DNA from: Candidatus Gastranaerophilales bacterium
Lineage (GTDB): Bacteria; Cyanobacteriota; Vampirovibrionia; Gastranaerophilales; Gastranaerophilaceae
Assembly (NCBI GenBank): GCA_016282705.1
Contig: JAEELO010000121.1
Coordinates: forward strand, 4,189-68,188
DNA: 64,000 nucleotides
Reading direction: 5' to 3'
The position numbers and the translations under genes are program-made. Shown here piece after piece: positions 9,106 through 19,026 of this stretch. Below the pieces are notes generated by a model that was not told the origin of the DNA, searched no databases, and saw only the letters and a list, made by a program, of their open reading frames with translations. How positions within the stretch are numbered: position 1 is the first letter of the stretch; each line of letters opens with the position of its first letter.

Positions 9106-10097
9106 ATTTCAAATCCGCTGAATACAATTGCTTCATTGAATGCTTTATTTTCTTCTTTTACTGTTTTAAAGAAATCTCTTACCAAAATTGCATTATTTTG
9201 AAGTTGTTCAAAATGATTATCACGGAAGAAATTTTCCATCATTTCTCCGGTTTGCATATATTTTCTGTTTTTTACATATAATTTAAAATTTTTATTTCTT
9301 TTAATAATTTTCTTAACCGCAAATGATAATATCATAGGAAATAAATCAAAGAATTGCGGTGAAATAATAACATCAATAAAATAATTTTTATTATCGGCAG
9401 TTCTAATTTCCAAAAAGGCTTTTGGTGCTTCTTTCTTAGATGTCTTATATATATACTTAAAAGAAGAAGCGGAATTAATTCCGTTAAAAATACCGTCAAA
9501 AAATTCTTCTTTTTCTCTTGAAAGAGAATATTTGTAGTGTGTAATTAAAGACTCATTAAATAAATCCGCAACACTTTGTGCATCAGTATTATCAAAATGT
9601 TTAAATGATTTTTCATCAATATTTTCATAAAGAAAATTCAAGTTAGAGACAGAAAGAAGTGTTTCTGTAGAGCAATACCTGAAACCGCAGCCTTTGACAA
9701 ATAAATCAATCAACTCAGACATATTGTCATCAACAGAAACATAAAAAGTATCAACACCTCTTGCACCAAATTTTGCAATAATATATTCAAGAAGCTGTTT
9801 CCCTTCTTCATGCGCATTTTTGCCTAAAAATAATCTTTTGATTTGCCACTTATAGGGATTACCTTTTTTTGCTTTGACTGTAATAACACCATTTAAATTA
9901 TTATTGTTATCAAAAACGACATATGTTTCTGCAAATTTACGACAATGTACGTTATATAAAAAATTTTGAATATTCGTTATGGGAACAGAAAGAAAAAATA
10001 ATCGTCTGTAACTCATAACATTATCATTACAGACAACAGAAATAAGCCTTTTAACATTAATAATATCAGAATAACTTATCTTTTTTATTTTTGCCAT
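9102..10097 (-). CDS. Hypothetical protein with probable GNAT (acetyltransferase) fold in the N-terminal half
   Basis: The pattern VVFDNNNNLNGVITVK...RLFLGKNAHEEGKQLLEYIIAKFGARGVDTFYVSV resembles the GNAT motif A region. The C-terminal half is unrecognised. The stop codon overlaps the convergent rSAM gene by 4 nt. Confidence 0.5.
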   Translation of the reverse strand: MAKIKKISYSDIINVKRLISVVCNDNVMSYRRLFFLSVPITNIQNFLYNVHCRKFAETYVVFDNNNNLNGVITVKAKKGNPYKWQIKRLFLGKNAHEEGKQLLEYIIAKFGARGVDTFYVSVDDNMSELIDLFVKGCGFRYCSTETLLSVSNLNFLYENIDEKSFKHFDNTDAQSVADLFNESLITHYKYSLSREKEEFFDGIFNGINSASSFKYIYKTSKKEAPKAFLEIRTADNKNYFIDVIISPQFFDLFPMILSFAVKKIIKRNKNFKLYVKNRKYMQTGEMMENFFRDNHFEQLQNNAILVRDFFKTVKEENKAFNEAIVFSGFEI

Positions 10098-10216
10098 AAA
10101 CTAAACCCACTTTATAATTATAACCTAATTTTAAATAAAAACCATCTAAATAATTTGTAATCGAATAAAGAAGATAAATATTGATAAAGCAAAAGTTAAG
10201 AAATAGTTAATAACTA

Positions 10217-10244
10217 TTGAGTAACAAAATTGATATCTTATAAT
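10217..10244 (+). promoter_or_regulatory. Candidate sigma70-type promoter for grpE
   Basis: TTGAGT (10217-10222), 16-nt spacer, TATAAT (10239-10244), 24 nt upstream of the grpE start. The SD GGTGGAG is at 10254-10260. AT-rich context makes chance matches likely. Confidence 0.3.
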
Positions 10245-10267
10245 AAAAATAACGGTGGAGTAGAGGA

Positions 10268-10945
10268 ATGCTAAAAAACTTTTTTAAAAAAGATATAAAA
10301 GACAATAATCCTTTTAATGAAAAGGATATGGATAAAGGAGATGAAACAAATACTATGACTGAAGAAAATAAAGAACCCGAACAGGAAATAGTAGAAGAAA
10401 CAACTGATAATACAGAAGAAGTATCCGATACAAACAATGAAGGTGAAGAAGCAAAAGAACCTGAAAAAACAGAAGAAGAAATCGAAGAAACTTCCGAAGA
10501 TAAATTGAAAAAAGATTTTGAAAATTTAAATAATCAATATTTAAGACTCGCCGCAGATTTTGAAAATTACAGAAAAAGACAAGCACAAGAGAGAGAAGCT
10601 CTATTGAAATACGGGGCAGAAGAGTGCATGAAAAAAGTATTGGAAGTTGTAGACAACTTCGACAGAGCCGTTAATATGGTTGAAAAAATAGATAATATTG
10701 AGAAAATGAAAGAAACATTTTTCATTTTAAATAAACAATTAATGGATTCATTAACAAAATTGGGATTAGAACAAATAAAATGTGTGGGAGAAAAGTTTGA
10801 CCCTAATTTGCATGAAGCGGTATTACAAACCCCGACAGATGATTATCCTGAAGAAACGATAATAAACGAACTTCAAAAAGGATATAAACTCGGAGAAAAA
10901 GTATTAAGACCAGCAATGGTATCAGTAGCGGTTAAACAACAATAG
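10268..10945 (+). CDS. grpE: Nucleotide exchange factor GrpE
   Basis: The hallmark LRLAADFENYRKR is present, along with the C-terminal FDPNLHEAV...GYKLGEKVLRPAMV. The N-terminal extension is acidic (E/T-rich). Confidence 0.95.
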   Translation: MLKNFFKKDIKDNNPFNEKDMDKGDETNTMTEENKEPEQEIVEETTDNTEEVSDTNNEGEEAKEPEKTEEEIEETSEDKLKKDFENLNNQYLRLAADFENYRKRQAQEREALLKYGAEECMKKVLEVVDNFDRAVNMVEKIDNIEKMKETFFILNKQLMDSLTKLGLEQIKCVGEKFDPNLHEAVLQTPTDDYPEETIINELQKGYKLGEKVLRPAMVSVAVKQQ

Positions 10946-10968
10946 TACCGATTGAAAGATTAAAAGAT

Positions 10969-12093
10969 ATGAGTGATTATTACGAAATACTGGGCGTAGA
11001 TAAAAACGCAACAAAAGAGGAAATAAAATCAGCCTTCAGACAAAAAGCGAGGCAGCTTCACCCCGATGTAAACAAGGCACCGGATGCAGAAGAAAAGTTT
11101 AAAGAGCTGGGAAAAGCATACGAAACATTAATAGATGATAATAAGCGCGCAACATATGACAGATATGGAGAAGACGGTTTACAAAATGCGGGTTTTGACA
11201 CATCAGGTCCGTTCGCAAGTGGTTTTGGTGATTTAAACGACATATTTGAAAGCTTCTTCGGAGGTGCATTTGGATTCGGAGGAAGAGCAACGAACCCAAA
11301 CAGTCCGCAAAACGGAGCAGATTTAAGGTTAAATCTTGAAATAGAATTTGAAGAAGCAATATTTGGCGTAAAAAAAGAAGTAAAAATATCACATTTGGAA
11401 ACATGTGACGAATGCGGAGGTACAGGTTCAGCTAAAGGAAGCAAACCTGAAAACTGTAAGACTTGCGGAGGTACAGGTCATATACAACAGGTAATGAAAA
11501 CTCCTTTGGGCAATTTCAGTCAAATTACAACATGCCCGAATTGCCACGGTACAGGAAAAATTAATTCTAATCCTTGTAAAAAATGTCATGGAGACGGCAG
11601 ACTTGAAACCGAAAGAACATTGCACATAAATATTCCTGCAGGTGTTGATAACGGCTCAAGAATAGGCTTGGCTAATGAAGGTAACTGCGGAAAAAACGGC
11701 GGAAGAACAGGTGACCTAATAGTTGTCTTATATGTAAAAGAACACAAAGAATTTAAACGTGACGGAGTTGACATATATTCAACTGTAGATATTTCTTTCC
11801 CTCAGGCAGTACTTGGTGATACAATAGAAGTAAATACACTCGACGGGAAAAAAGAACTTGTAATTCCTGCAGGTATAGAACAAGATAAAGTATTACAAAT
11901 GAAAGGTGCCGGTGTACCATATTTGGGAAATACAGGAAAAAGAGGAAATCATAATTTCATAGTGAAAATAAGAACACCTCAAAATATAACACCTGAAGAA
12001 AAGCAACTTTATAAGAAATTATATGAAATCAATTGTAACAAAAAGCCATCATCTAAATTCATTGATAAAATGAAAAATGTACTTCATAATTAA
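10969..12093 (+). CDS. dnaJ: Molecular chaperone DnaJ
   Basis: J-domain DYYEILGV...HPD, a G/F-rich linker, and four CxxCxGxG zinc-finger repeats (CDECGGTG, CKTCGGTG, CPNCHGTG, CKKCHGDG). Confidence 0.96.
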   Translation: MSDYYEILGVDKNATKEEIKSAFRQKARQLHPDVNKAPDAEEKFKELGKAYETLIDDNKRATYDRYGEDGLQNAGFDTSGPFASGFGDLNDIFESFFGGAFGFGGRATNPNSPQNGADLRLNLEIEFEEAIFGVKKEVKISHLETCDECGGTGSAKGSKPENCKTCGGTGHIQQVMKTPLGNFSQITTCPNCHGTGKINSNPCKKCHGDGRLETERTLHINIPAGVDNGSRIGLANEGNCGKNGGRTGDLIVVLYVKEHKEFKRDGVDIYSTVDISFPQAVLGDTIEVNTLDGKKELVIPAGIEQDKVLQMKGAGVPYLGNTGKRGNHNFIVKIRTPQNITPEEKQLYKKLYEINCNKKPSSKFIDKMKNVLHN

Positions 12094-12106
12094 ACAGGGG
12101 AAGTTA

Positions 12107-13741
12107 ATGAAAATAAAATCAATAATTATATGTTTAATAATAATATTTTTAAGTGTAATGCAGGCACAGGCAACACAATATCCAAGAAATATGAGGACAT
12201 ATTTGCTTGAACAAAAAAGAGTGCCATCAATCAGATATGACGGAATTGTTGTATACGACAAAAATACAATGTATATTCCGGTAATACCAGCACATCCATT
12301 AGAAGTTGATGCCGTAAAAATAGTTAAAACATATCCGGCAAATCAGCCGATGGATAAGCTGCCTGATTTGGTTGTATTTAATAATAATTATTCACTAATA
12401 AAAATTTCCAGAATAAATGAAAATACATTGGGTGCAAAAGCAATTTCCGATTTACCTGAAGTTGTAAAGACAGGGCTGCTTCCGCAAGACATGATGGTTC
12501 CGAGAGGTTTAACACTACCTGAAAATTATGCCGGTATATTGGGTGATGTTTCGATTCCTCTGGTTGGAAGCGCAAAATCACCGACATTTGTTTCAGGAAG
12601 AAAACCTGCACCATTACCGTCAGGTAAGAGAGTCGCAACAGACAACAGAAACTATACAATTCCCGCCGATTTAAAAAATAAATTATATTTCGTAAATAAT
12701 TATCAGACAGAATACCTTGAAGTATTTTCTTCAACAGTATCAGAACCATTGTATTCTTTAAAAACATCAGGTGTTATGAAAGATGTCAAACCTGTATTGG
12801 GCGGAAAATTTTTACTTGTTGCAACAGCAAATAAGAAAAATATTGATGTAATAGATGTTGATAAAGAATATATTTCAAAACAAATTGATTTAACTGCTAT
12901 TCCATCCGAAATTGCAGTAGATGAGGAGAGAGGGAAAGCATACGTAGCAAGCTTAAAAGACGAATCATTATTTGTAATTGATTTAAATACTATGACAATG
13001 AAAGAAAAAATCCAACTCGTAGGCGCACCGCAAAGACTTTCTATATCGCAGGATGGTACAAAAATTGCATATATTGATATTAAAACATCAAATATCTATA
13101 TAATGGATTTTCTTGATGAATATTCAAATAAACTTATAACAAATTACCCAAACACATCAAAACTCATACTCGGTAACAATGTATTATACCTTATAGCAAG
13201 AACCGAACCGAAATTAAGAATTGTAGAATTTGATTTATTACAGGATAATAAGAAAACGAAGACTTGGAAAGACAAAAAAAGAGATAAAATCAGAAGAGAA
13301 GAGAACAGAAAAGAAAATGCCGATCACGCAACAAGTGATTTATACACATCATTTGCTAGCATAGATGAAAGTCAGGAAGAAGAATCAGAACTTATAGATG
13401 ACTTATTTATGTATGCAACAAGCACTAATGACATTGATATCGGTTCAAAACCTATTGATATGTACACAAATAACGGCATAATATACGTTTTATGTGCAGG
13501 TAATAATACAGTATACAGCTATAATATAACATCAGGTGAATTAAAATCCGACAAACTTCCGATGGATGGTTTTTCTAAGGCATTCACTCCTGTTCCAAAT
13601 TCAAATTTAGCTATAATAACAAACATGGCAGACTTAAAATATGTTGTTTATGATTTAAACAAAGAAAAATCTGTACAAACTCTGCCAATCAGCGAGTACA
13701 TTAATTCTATAACTGTACTGGAAAGAGAAAATGGAAAATAA
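12107..13741 (+). CDS. Secreted beta-propeller repeat protein (YVTN/lactonase-like repeats), function unknown
   Basis: The ATG at 12107 is preceded by AGGGGAAG and gives the signal peptide MKIKSIIICLIIIFLSVMQAQA. The ORF track's start at 12077 adds 10 aa upstream. Repeated strand patterns (KAYVASLKDESLFVIDL, KIAYIDIKTSNIYIMD, IIYVLCAGNNTVYSYN) are typical of propeller blades. A K/R/E-rich insert is present (KKTKTWKDKKRDKIRREENRKEN). Confidence 0.7.
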   Translation: MKIKSIIICLIIIFLSVMQAQATQYPRNMRTYLLEQKRVPSIRYDGIVVYDKNTMYIPVIPAHPLEVDAVKIVKTYPANQPMDKLPDLVVFNNNYSLIKISRINENTLGAKAISDLPEVVKTGLLPQDMMVPRGLTLPENYAGILGDVSIPLVGSAKSPTFVSGRKPAPLPSGKRVATDNRNYTIPADLKNKLYFVNNYQTEYLEVFSSTVSEPLYSLKTSGVMKDVKPVLGGKFLLVATANKKNIDVIDVDKEYISKQIDLTAIPSEIAVDEERGKAYVASLKDESLFVIDLNTMTMKEKIQLVGAPQRLSISQDGTKIAYIDIKTSNIYIMDFLDEYSNKLITNYPNTSKLILGNNVLYLIARTEPKLRIVEFDLLQDNKKTKTWKDKKRDKIRREENRKENADHATSDLYTSFASIDESQEEESELIDDLFMYATSTNDIDIGSKPIDMYTNNGIIYVLCAGNNTVYSYNITSGELKSDKLPMDGFSKAFTPVPNSNLAIITNMADLKYVVYDLNKEKSVQTLPISEYINSITVLERENGK

Positions 13742-14285
13742 AACCGTTGCAATATTAGACAAATTAGAAGAAACATCAGAAGAATATTGGAATATTTCTC
13801 ACCAAACAGGCAATTTTATAAGCATGCTGATAAAATCATCAGGCAGAAGAAATGTTCTTGAATTAGGGACTTCAAACGGTTATTCCACATTATGGATATC
13901 AGATGCTCTTCAATATACAAACGGACATTTAACAACAATAGAATTTTGGGAAAAGAGGCAATGTCTGGCAAGAGAGTATATAAAAAACTGCGGTTTATCC
14001 GAATATGTAACATTTAAAATCGGACAAGCATATGACATAATTATGGACGAACTGCAAAACGAACAATATGATATGGTTTTTATTGATGCAAACAAACAGG
14101 AATATTTAAGATTTTTTGAAGCGGTACACCCAATATTAAAAAGAGGCGGAATTATATTAGCAGATAATATTACATCACATGCAGAAAAAGTAAAACCGTT
14201 TGTAAATGCAATTACAGAACATAAAGAATATCAAAGCCAGATTTTAGACTTACCTGACGGATTATTAATGGCATATAAATTATAG
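13731..14285 (+). CDS. Class I SAM-dependent O-methyltransferase (family 3, caffeoyl-CoA OMT/YrrM-like)
   Basis: Motifs VLELGTSNGYSTLW (SAM motif I), VFIDANKQEY and GGIILADN. Overlaps the upstream gene by 11 nt. Confidence 0.8.
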   Translation: MENKTVAILDKLEETSEEYWNISHQTGNFISMLIKSSGRRNVLELGTSNGYSTLWISDALQYTNGHLTTIEFWEKRQCLAREYIKNCGLSEYVTFKIGQAYDIIMDELQNEQYDMVFIDANKQEYLRFFEAVHPILKRGGIILADNITSHAEKVKPFVNAITEHKEYQSQILDLPDGLLMAYKL

Positions 14286-14293
14286 AGGCACAT

Positions 14294-15151
14294 ATGATAA
14301 TGGAAAAAGTAATAAAATCAGTTAATGGTGACATAATAGATTTATCAAAAGTCGGAATATTTTATAATGAAGAAAATGACAGTGCAAAAAAGATGTCACA
14401 ACACATAGTATCTACATTAGAAAACAAAAATATAAATTGTGAAGTTTTAACTACAAAAAATTTTAATAAAGATATAACTTTGGCATTTGTATTGGGCGGC
14501 GACGGGACAATTTTAAAAACATCAAGATATTACGCAAAATACGGAGTTCCTATTTTAGGAATTAATTTGGGCAGACTCGGCTTTTTATCACAAGCGAAAC
14601 CAACTCAAATAGAAGAAGCTATTGTCTGCATACAAAACGGGAATTTCAAAATTGAAGACAGAATCATGCTCTCTACATTGAATGGTGAGATGAATGCATT
14701 AAACGATATCGTTATAAAAGGAGAAGCTTTCTCCAGAACATCAAGATTATATGTACACATAAACGATAATATAGTATGTGATTACTTGGCAGACGGAATA
14801 ATTATATCTACGCCGACAGGCTCAACGGCATATACACTGTCAGCAGGAGGCCCAATATTATTCCCAACACTTGATGCAATGGTTATTGTTCCTATTTGCC
14901 CTCATACTATGAATGCAAGACCTATTGTTATTCCTTCAACAGAAATCATAAGTATAACATCCAGCCAAAAAAAGCCATTATTATCAATTTCTGCTGATGG
15001 ACAAAATACACTTGATTTAAAACCGAATCAATCAATAGAAATTAAGAAAAGTGATTATTGCGCAAAATTATTACTGTTAAATATGCATAGAAATTCATTT
15101 TATTCGGTATTAAAAGAGAAGCTTCACTGGGGACTTTCTTGGCAGGGATAG
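14294..15151 (+). CDS. nadK: NAD kinase
   Basis: GGDGTIL, NLGRLGFL and DGIIISTPTGSTAYTLSAGGPI motifs. Confidence 0.92.
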   Translation: MIMEKVIKSVNGDIIDLSKVGIFYNEENDSAKKMSQHIVSTLENKNINCEVLTTKNFNKDITLAFVLGGDGTILKTSRYYAKYGVPILGINLGRLGFLSQAKPTQIEEAIVCIQNGNFKIEDRIMLSTLNGEMNALNDIVIKGEAFSRTSRLYVHINDNIVCDYLADGIIISTPTGSTAYTLSAGGPILFPTLDAMVIVPICPHTMNARPIVIPSTEIISITSSQKKPLLSISADGQNTLDLKPNQSIEIKKSDYCAKLLLLNMHRNSFYSVLKEKLHWGLSWQG

Positions 15152-15152
15152 C

Positions 15153-16805
15153 ATGATAAAATCTGTAACAGTACAAAATTTTATATTAATAGACAACATT
15201 ACATTAGAATTTGATAAGGGTTTTAATGTTTTTACCGGTGAAACAGGTGCAGGAAAAAGTATAATAATCGGGGCAATAGATGCAGCACTGGGTGCAAAAG
15301 TTTCAAAAGAAGTAATCAAGACAGGCGCAGATAGAGCATATATAGAATTAAATATTGAATTGAAACCTGATTTTGATAAATCAATATTTACAGAAAACGG
15401 AATTGAAATTGAAAATAATGAACTGGTTATTTCTAAGGAAATAACTGCAAATTCCGCACGTTCAAGAATTAACGGAATACAAGTCACACTGGATTACATA
15501 AAGGAAATCAGAGAAAACTTACTGGATATTCATACGCAGCACCAAAATTACAATTATCTTCAACAAAAAAATCATATAATTTTACTGGATAATTTTGCAT
15601 TAAAACCACACAGAGATAATATAGAAACATTCAATAAAAAATACAATCAATATATTGAGCTTCAAAATAAACTTGAGCAGGCTCAAAAAATAGTAAATAC
15701 AACACAACAACAGGAAGAATTTCTTAAATTTCAAATACAAGAAATCGAAAGCGCAAATATAGAAGATATTGATGAATGCGAAAAACTTGAAAAAGAACTT
15801 GAAATTCTTGCTAATGCTGAAAAGATTAAAGAACTTTCATATTCATCATATTGGACACTATACGGAGATGAAGGCAATATAATAAATGCCCTCGGAATCG
15901 TAAAAGCAAATATATCGAAGCTGTCATCAATGGATGATAGTATAACAAATATTGAGGAAGATTTTGTAAATACATATGAGACATTAAAAGATATTGCAAA
16001 TCAACTGCGTAATTATTCGGAATCAAAAGAAAACGATACGGAGAGAATGGATTATATTAATGAAAGACTGAGTCTTTTAGATAAACTTAAAAGAAAATAC
16101 GGCAATACATTAGAAAACGTATTAAATACTTATAATAATTTATCGGATGAACTAGAAAAAATTGAATGTTCTCAAGATGACATAATAAAATATGAAAAAG
16201 AAATAAAAGAATTAAAATCAGAATTGGACAAACTTGCGAATATAATAAGTTCTGCAAGAAAAGAACTTGCAAATGTACTATCTGAAGCAGTAACAAAGGA
16301 ACTTGAAAAACTTGAGATGCAAAAAGCAAGATTTAAAATAGACATTCAACCATGTGAAATGAATGAAAAAGGTACAGACAGAGTTGAATTTTTAATGTCC
16401 GCAAATATATCCGAAGAATTGAAGCCGCTTGCTAAAACTGCATCAGGCGGAGAAATATCAAGAGTAATGCTTGCAATAAAAACAATATTTGCACAGGCAG
16501 ATAATACAAATACAGTTATATTTGACGAAATAGATACGGGAATATCAGGAAAAGCTTCGCAATCTGTAGCTGATGAAATAGCAAACTTAGCAAAAACTCA
16601 TCAAATAATATTAATAACCCACCAACCTATTATCGCTGCAAAAGCCCAAGCACATTTTTACGTTAAAAAACAACAGACAGATACTACAAAAATAAGTGTT
16701 TATAATTTAGAAGGCGAAAACAGAATAAAAGCTATCGCACTATTGGCAGCAGGGGAAATAAACGACGAATCTGTTTCTTTTGCTAAAACTTTGCTTGCAG
16801 TATAA
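15153..16805 (+). CDS. recN: DNA repair protein RecN
   Basis: N-terminal Walker A GETGAGKSIIIGAI, a long coiled-coil middle, and C-terminal SGGEISRVMLAIK with VIFDEIDTGISG. The conserved nadK-recN adjacency is present. Confidence 0.92.
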   Translation: MIKSVTVQNFILIDNITLEFDKGFNVFTGETGAGKSIIIGAIDAALGAKVSKEVIKTGADRAYIELNIELKPDFDKSIFTENGIEIENNELVISKEITANSARSRINGIQVTLDYIKEIRENLLDIHTQHQNYNYLQQKNHIILLDNFALKPHRDNIETFNKKYNQYIELQNKLEQAQKIVNTTQQQEEFLKFQIQEIESANIEDIDECEKLEKELEILANAEKIKELSYSSYWTLYGDEGNIINALGIVKANISKLSSMDDSITNIEEDFVNTYETLKDIANQLRNYSESKENDTERMDYINERLSLLDKLKRKYGNTLENVLNTYNNLSDELEKIECSQDDIIKYEKEIKELKSELDKLANIISSARKELANVLSEAVTKELEKLEMQKARFKIDIQPCEMNEKGTDRVEFLMSANISEELKPLAKTASGGEISRVMLAIKTIFAQADNTNTVIFDEIDTGISGKASQSVADEIANLAKTHQIILITHQPIIAAKAQAHFYVKKQQTDTTKISVYNLEGENRIKAIALLAAGEINDESVSFAKTLLAV

Positions 16806-17099
16806 ATACAGCTGCATAATAAAAAAAGACAAAAAAAATGCAAGTTTAAAGTAAGATTTAAGAACTTGCAATATTTACACTAGCCGAAACATTAATAACA
16901 GAATTATTATACAACGAAATTTATTTTTAGTAAAGTATCCTATTGTTTTTTTCCATTTTTAAATGATTTTTTTTAATATTTGTTAACACAAAAAAGAACA
17001 TAAAAATAAAGCAAATAATTTAATTAAGATATGTGTATAAACTTGTAATAATTGGTCTTTTATCGGATAATTTAAATATAGAATAGAGGTAGTAGTATT

Positions 17100-18116
17100 A
17101 TGAGAAAACCCGTAATTGCAGTTTTAGGCGCAACTGGTGTTGTAGGAAGACACATATTAGAAATATTAGAAGAAAATAATGTAGTTTATGAAGATATAAA
17201 ATTTTTAGCCAGCAAAAAAAGTGCAGGTAAAACAATAGAATTTAAAGGGCAAGATTATACCGTAATAGAAGCGACTCCGGATGCCTTTGAAGGAGTAAAT
17301 ATTGTATTGGCATCAGCAGGCGGTTCAACAAGCTTAGCATTAGCAAAAGAAGCCGTAAAGAGAGGTGCGGTATATATTGATAATTCAAGTGCATTCAGAA
17401 TGGAGCCTGATGTACCGCTAGTTATAGCAGGGGTAAATGATGAAGATATAAGAAAACATAAAGGCATTATAGCAAATCCGAATTGTTCGACATCTCAATT
17501 AATGCTTGTTTTAAAACCGCTGCATGATTATGCCGGAATAAAAAGAATGGTTGTAAGCACATACCAATCTGTTTCAGGTGCAGGTCTCGCAGCAATAAAT
17601 GAATTAAGAGAAAACACAATAGCTGTAAATGATAAAAAAGAATTTGAGAACAAAGTATTCAAAAAGCCTATTGCTTATAACTGTATTCCTCAAATTGACG
17701 TATTTTGCGATAACGGATATACAAAAGAGGAAATGAAAGTAACAAATGAAACAAGAAAAATATTGCATTTAAATCCGAATACACCTATTTCATGTACGGC
17801 AGTTAGGGTTCCTGTATTTGTAGGACATTCTGAAGCTGTTACAGTAGAATTTGAAAAGGATATAACACCCGAGAAAGCAAGAGAGATACTGGAACATGCT
17901 TGGGGTGTAAAAGTAATTGATGATACAGCAAATTATGAATTTCCGACCGCAGTAATGGCAGCCGGAACAAATCCTGTTTATGTAGGCAGAATCAGAAAAG
18001 ACATAGCTTTTGACAATGCAATTTCTTTCTGGTGTGTTGCGGATAATTTAAGAATTGGTGCCGCATTAAATACAGTAAGAATAGCGGAAAAAGTTATTGA
18101 AATGCAAGTCTTTTAA
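17100..18116 (+). CDS. asd: Aspartate-semialdehyde dehydrogenase
   Basis: GATGVVG NAD(P)-binding motif, active-site NPNCSTSQ, and the C-terminal GAALNTVRIAE. Confidence 0.95.
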   Translation: MRKPVIAVLGATGVVGRHILEILEENNVVYEDIKFLASKKSAGKTIEFKGQDYTVIEATPDAFEGVNIVLASAGGSTSLALAKEAVKRGAVYIDNSSAFRMEPDVPLVIAGVNDEDIRKHKGIIANPNCSTSQLMLVLKPLHDYAGIKRMVVSTYQSVSGAGLAAINELRENTIAVNDKKEFENKVFKKPIAYNCIPQIDVFCDNGYTKEEMKVTNETRKILHLNPNTPISCTAVRVPVFVGHSEAVTVEFEKDITPEKAREILEHAWGVKVIDDTANYEFPTAVMAAGTNPVYVGRIRKDIAFDNAISFWCVADNLRIGAALNTVRIAEKVIEMQVF

Positions 18117-18129
18117 GAGGAACAAAAGT

Positions 18130-19011
18130 ATGAGATATGATGCAGGCGAAGTAATAACAGCAATGATAACTCCTTTTAAGGAGGATTTAAGCATAGATTA
18201 TCAGGGATTAGAAAAGCTGGTAAATCACTTAATTAATACAGGAACGGATGCTATACTTGTTGCAGGGACAACAGGAGAGACCCCGACGCTAACTCATGAA
18301 GAAGAAGATAAATTATTTGATTTTGTAAAACAAACAGTGGCAGGCCGAGTAAAAATTATAATGGGTGCCGGTTCAAACTGCACTGAAACAGCTGTCGAAT
18401 CATCGAAAAAAGCGAGAAAAGCAGGTGCAGATGCTATTTTAACAGTTGTACCATATTACAATAAACCTTCACAAAAAGGGATGTATGAACATTTTTCCTC
18501 AATTGCAAAAGCCGTAGATTTACCTATTATCTTATATAATATTCCCGGAAGAACAGGTGTAAATATGCAGCCTGCAACAATAGCAAAACTGGCAAAAGAA
18601 TATAAAAATATAGTTGCCGTAAAACAGAGTAACGGTGATTTAGATTTAATTAGTGATATTAAATCATTATGCCCCGAAGATTTTACAATATATTCGGGGG
18701 ATGACAGTTTAACACTTCCAATGTTATCATTAGGTGCACACGGTGTAATAAGTGTTGCATCTCATATACAAGGTAAAAAAGTAAAACAAATGGTACAAGC
18801 ATACAAAAAAGGTAATATAGAAGAAGCTTTAAAACTTCATCTACACTTATATCCATTATTCAGGAAATTATTTATGGCACCAAATCCTGTTCCTGTTAAA
18901 GCAGCATTAGCACATGCAGGAATAATAAATGAATACGTAAGAAAACCATTGGTTGTACTTGATGAAGAAGAAAAGAAAGAACTATATTCCGTATTAAACA
19001 AATATGAATAA
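18130..19011 (+). CDS. dapA: 4-hydroxy-tetrahydrodipicolinate synthase
   Basis: ITPF...VAGTTGE, YYNKPSQ, and IVAVKQSNGD with the active-site Lys. The ATG at 18130 is preceded by AAGAGG. The longer track start at 18097 would overlap asd. Confidence 0.93.
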   Translation: MRYDAGEVITAMITPFKEDLSIDYQGLEKLVNHLINTGTDAILVAGTTGETPTLTHEEEDKLFDFVKQTVAGRVKIIMGAGSNCTETAVESSKKARKAGADAILTVVPYYNKPSQKGMYEHFSSIAKAVDLPIILYNIPGRTGVNMQPATIAKLAKEYKNIVAVKQSNGDLDLISDIKSLCPEDFTIYSGDDSLTLPMLSLGAHGVISVASHIQGKKVKQMVQAYKKGNIEEALKLHLHLYPLFRKLFMAPNPVPVKAALAHAGIINEYVRKPLVVLDEEEKKELYSVLNKYE

Positions 19012-19026
19012 ATAAAGGAAAGCTGA

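Noticed and set aside
10098-10267. Looked for a CIRCE (HrcA) operator upstream of grpE.
   Set aside because: No TTAGCACTC-N9-GAGTGCTAA-like inverted repeat is present. Only a generic promoter-like match was found.
16806-17099. Possible lysine riboswitch (L-box) or other leader in the 294-nt region upstream of asd-dapA.
   Set aside because: No conserved L-box helices or AGAGGNGC-type core are visible. The region is almost pure A/T, with only a weak hairpin (tgcaagtt/aacttgca) that may terminate recN.
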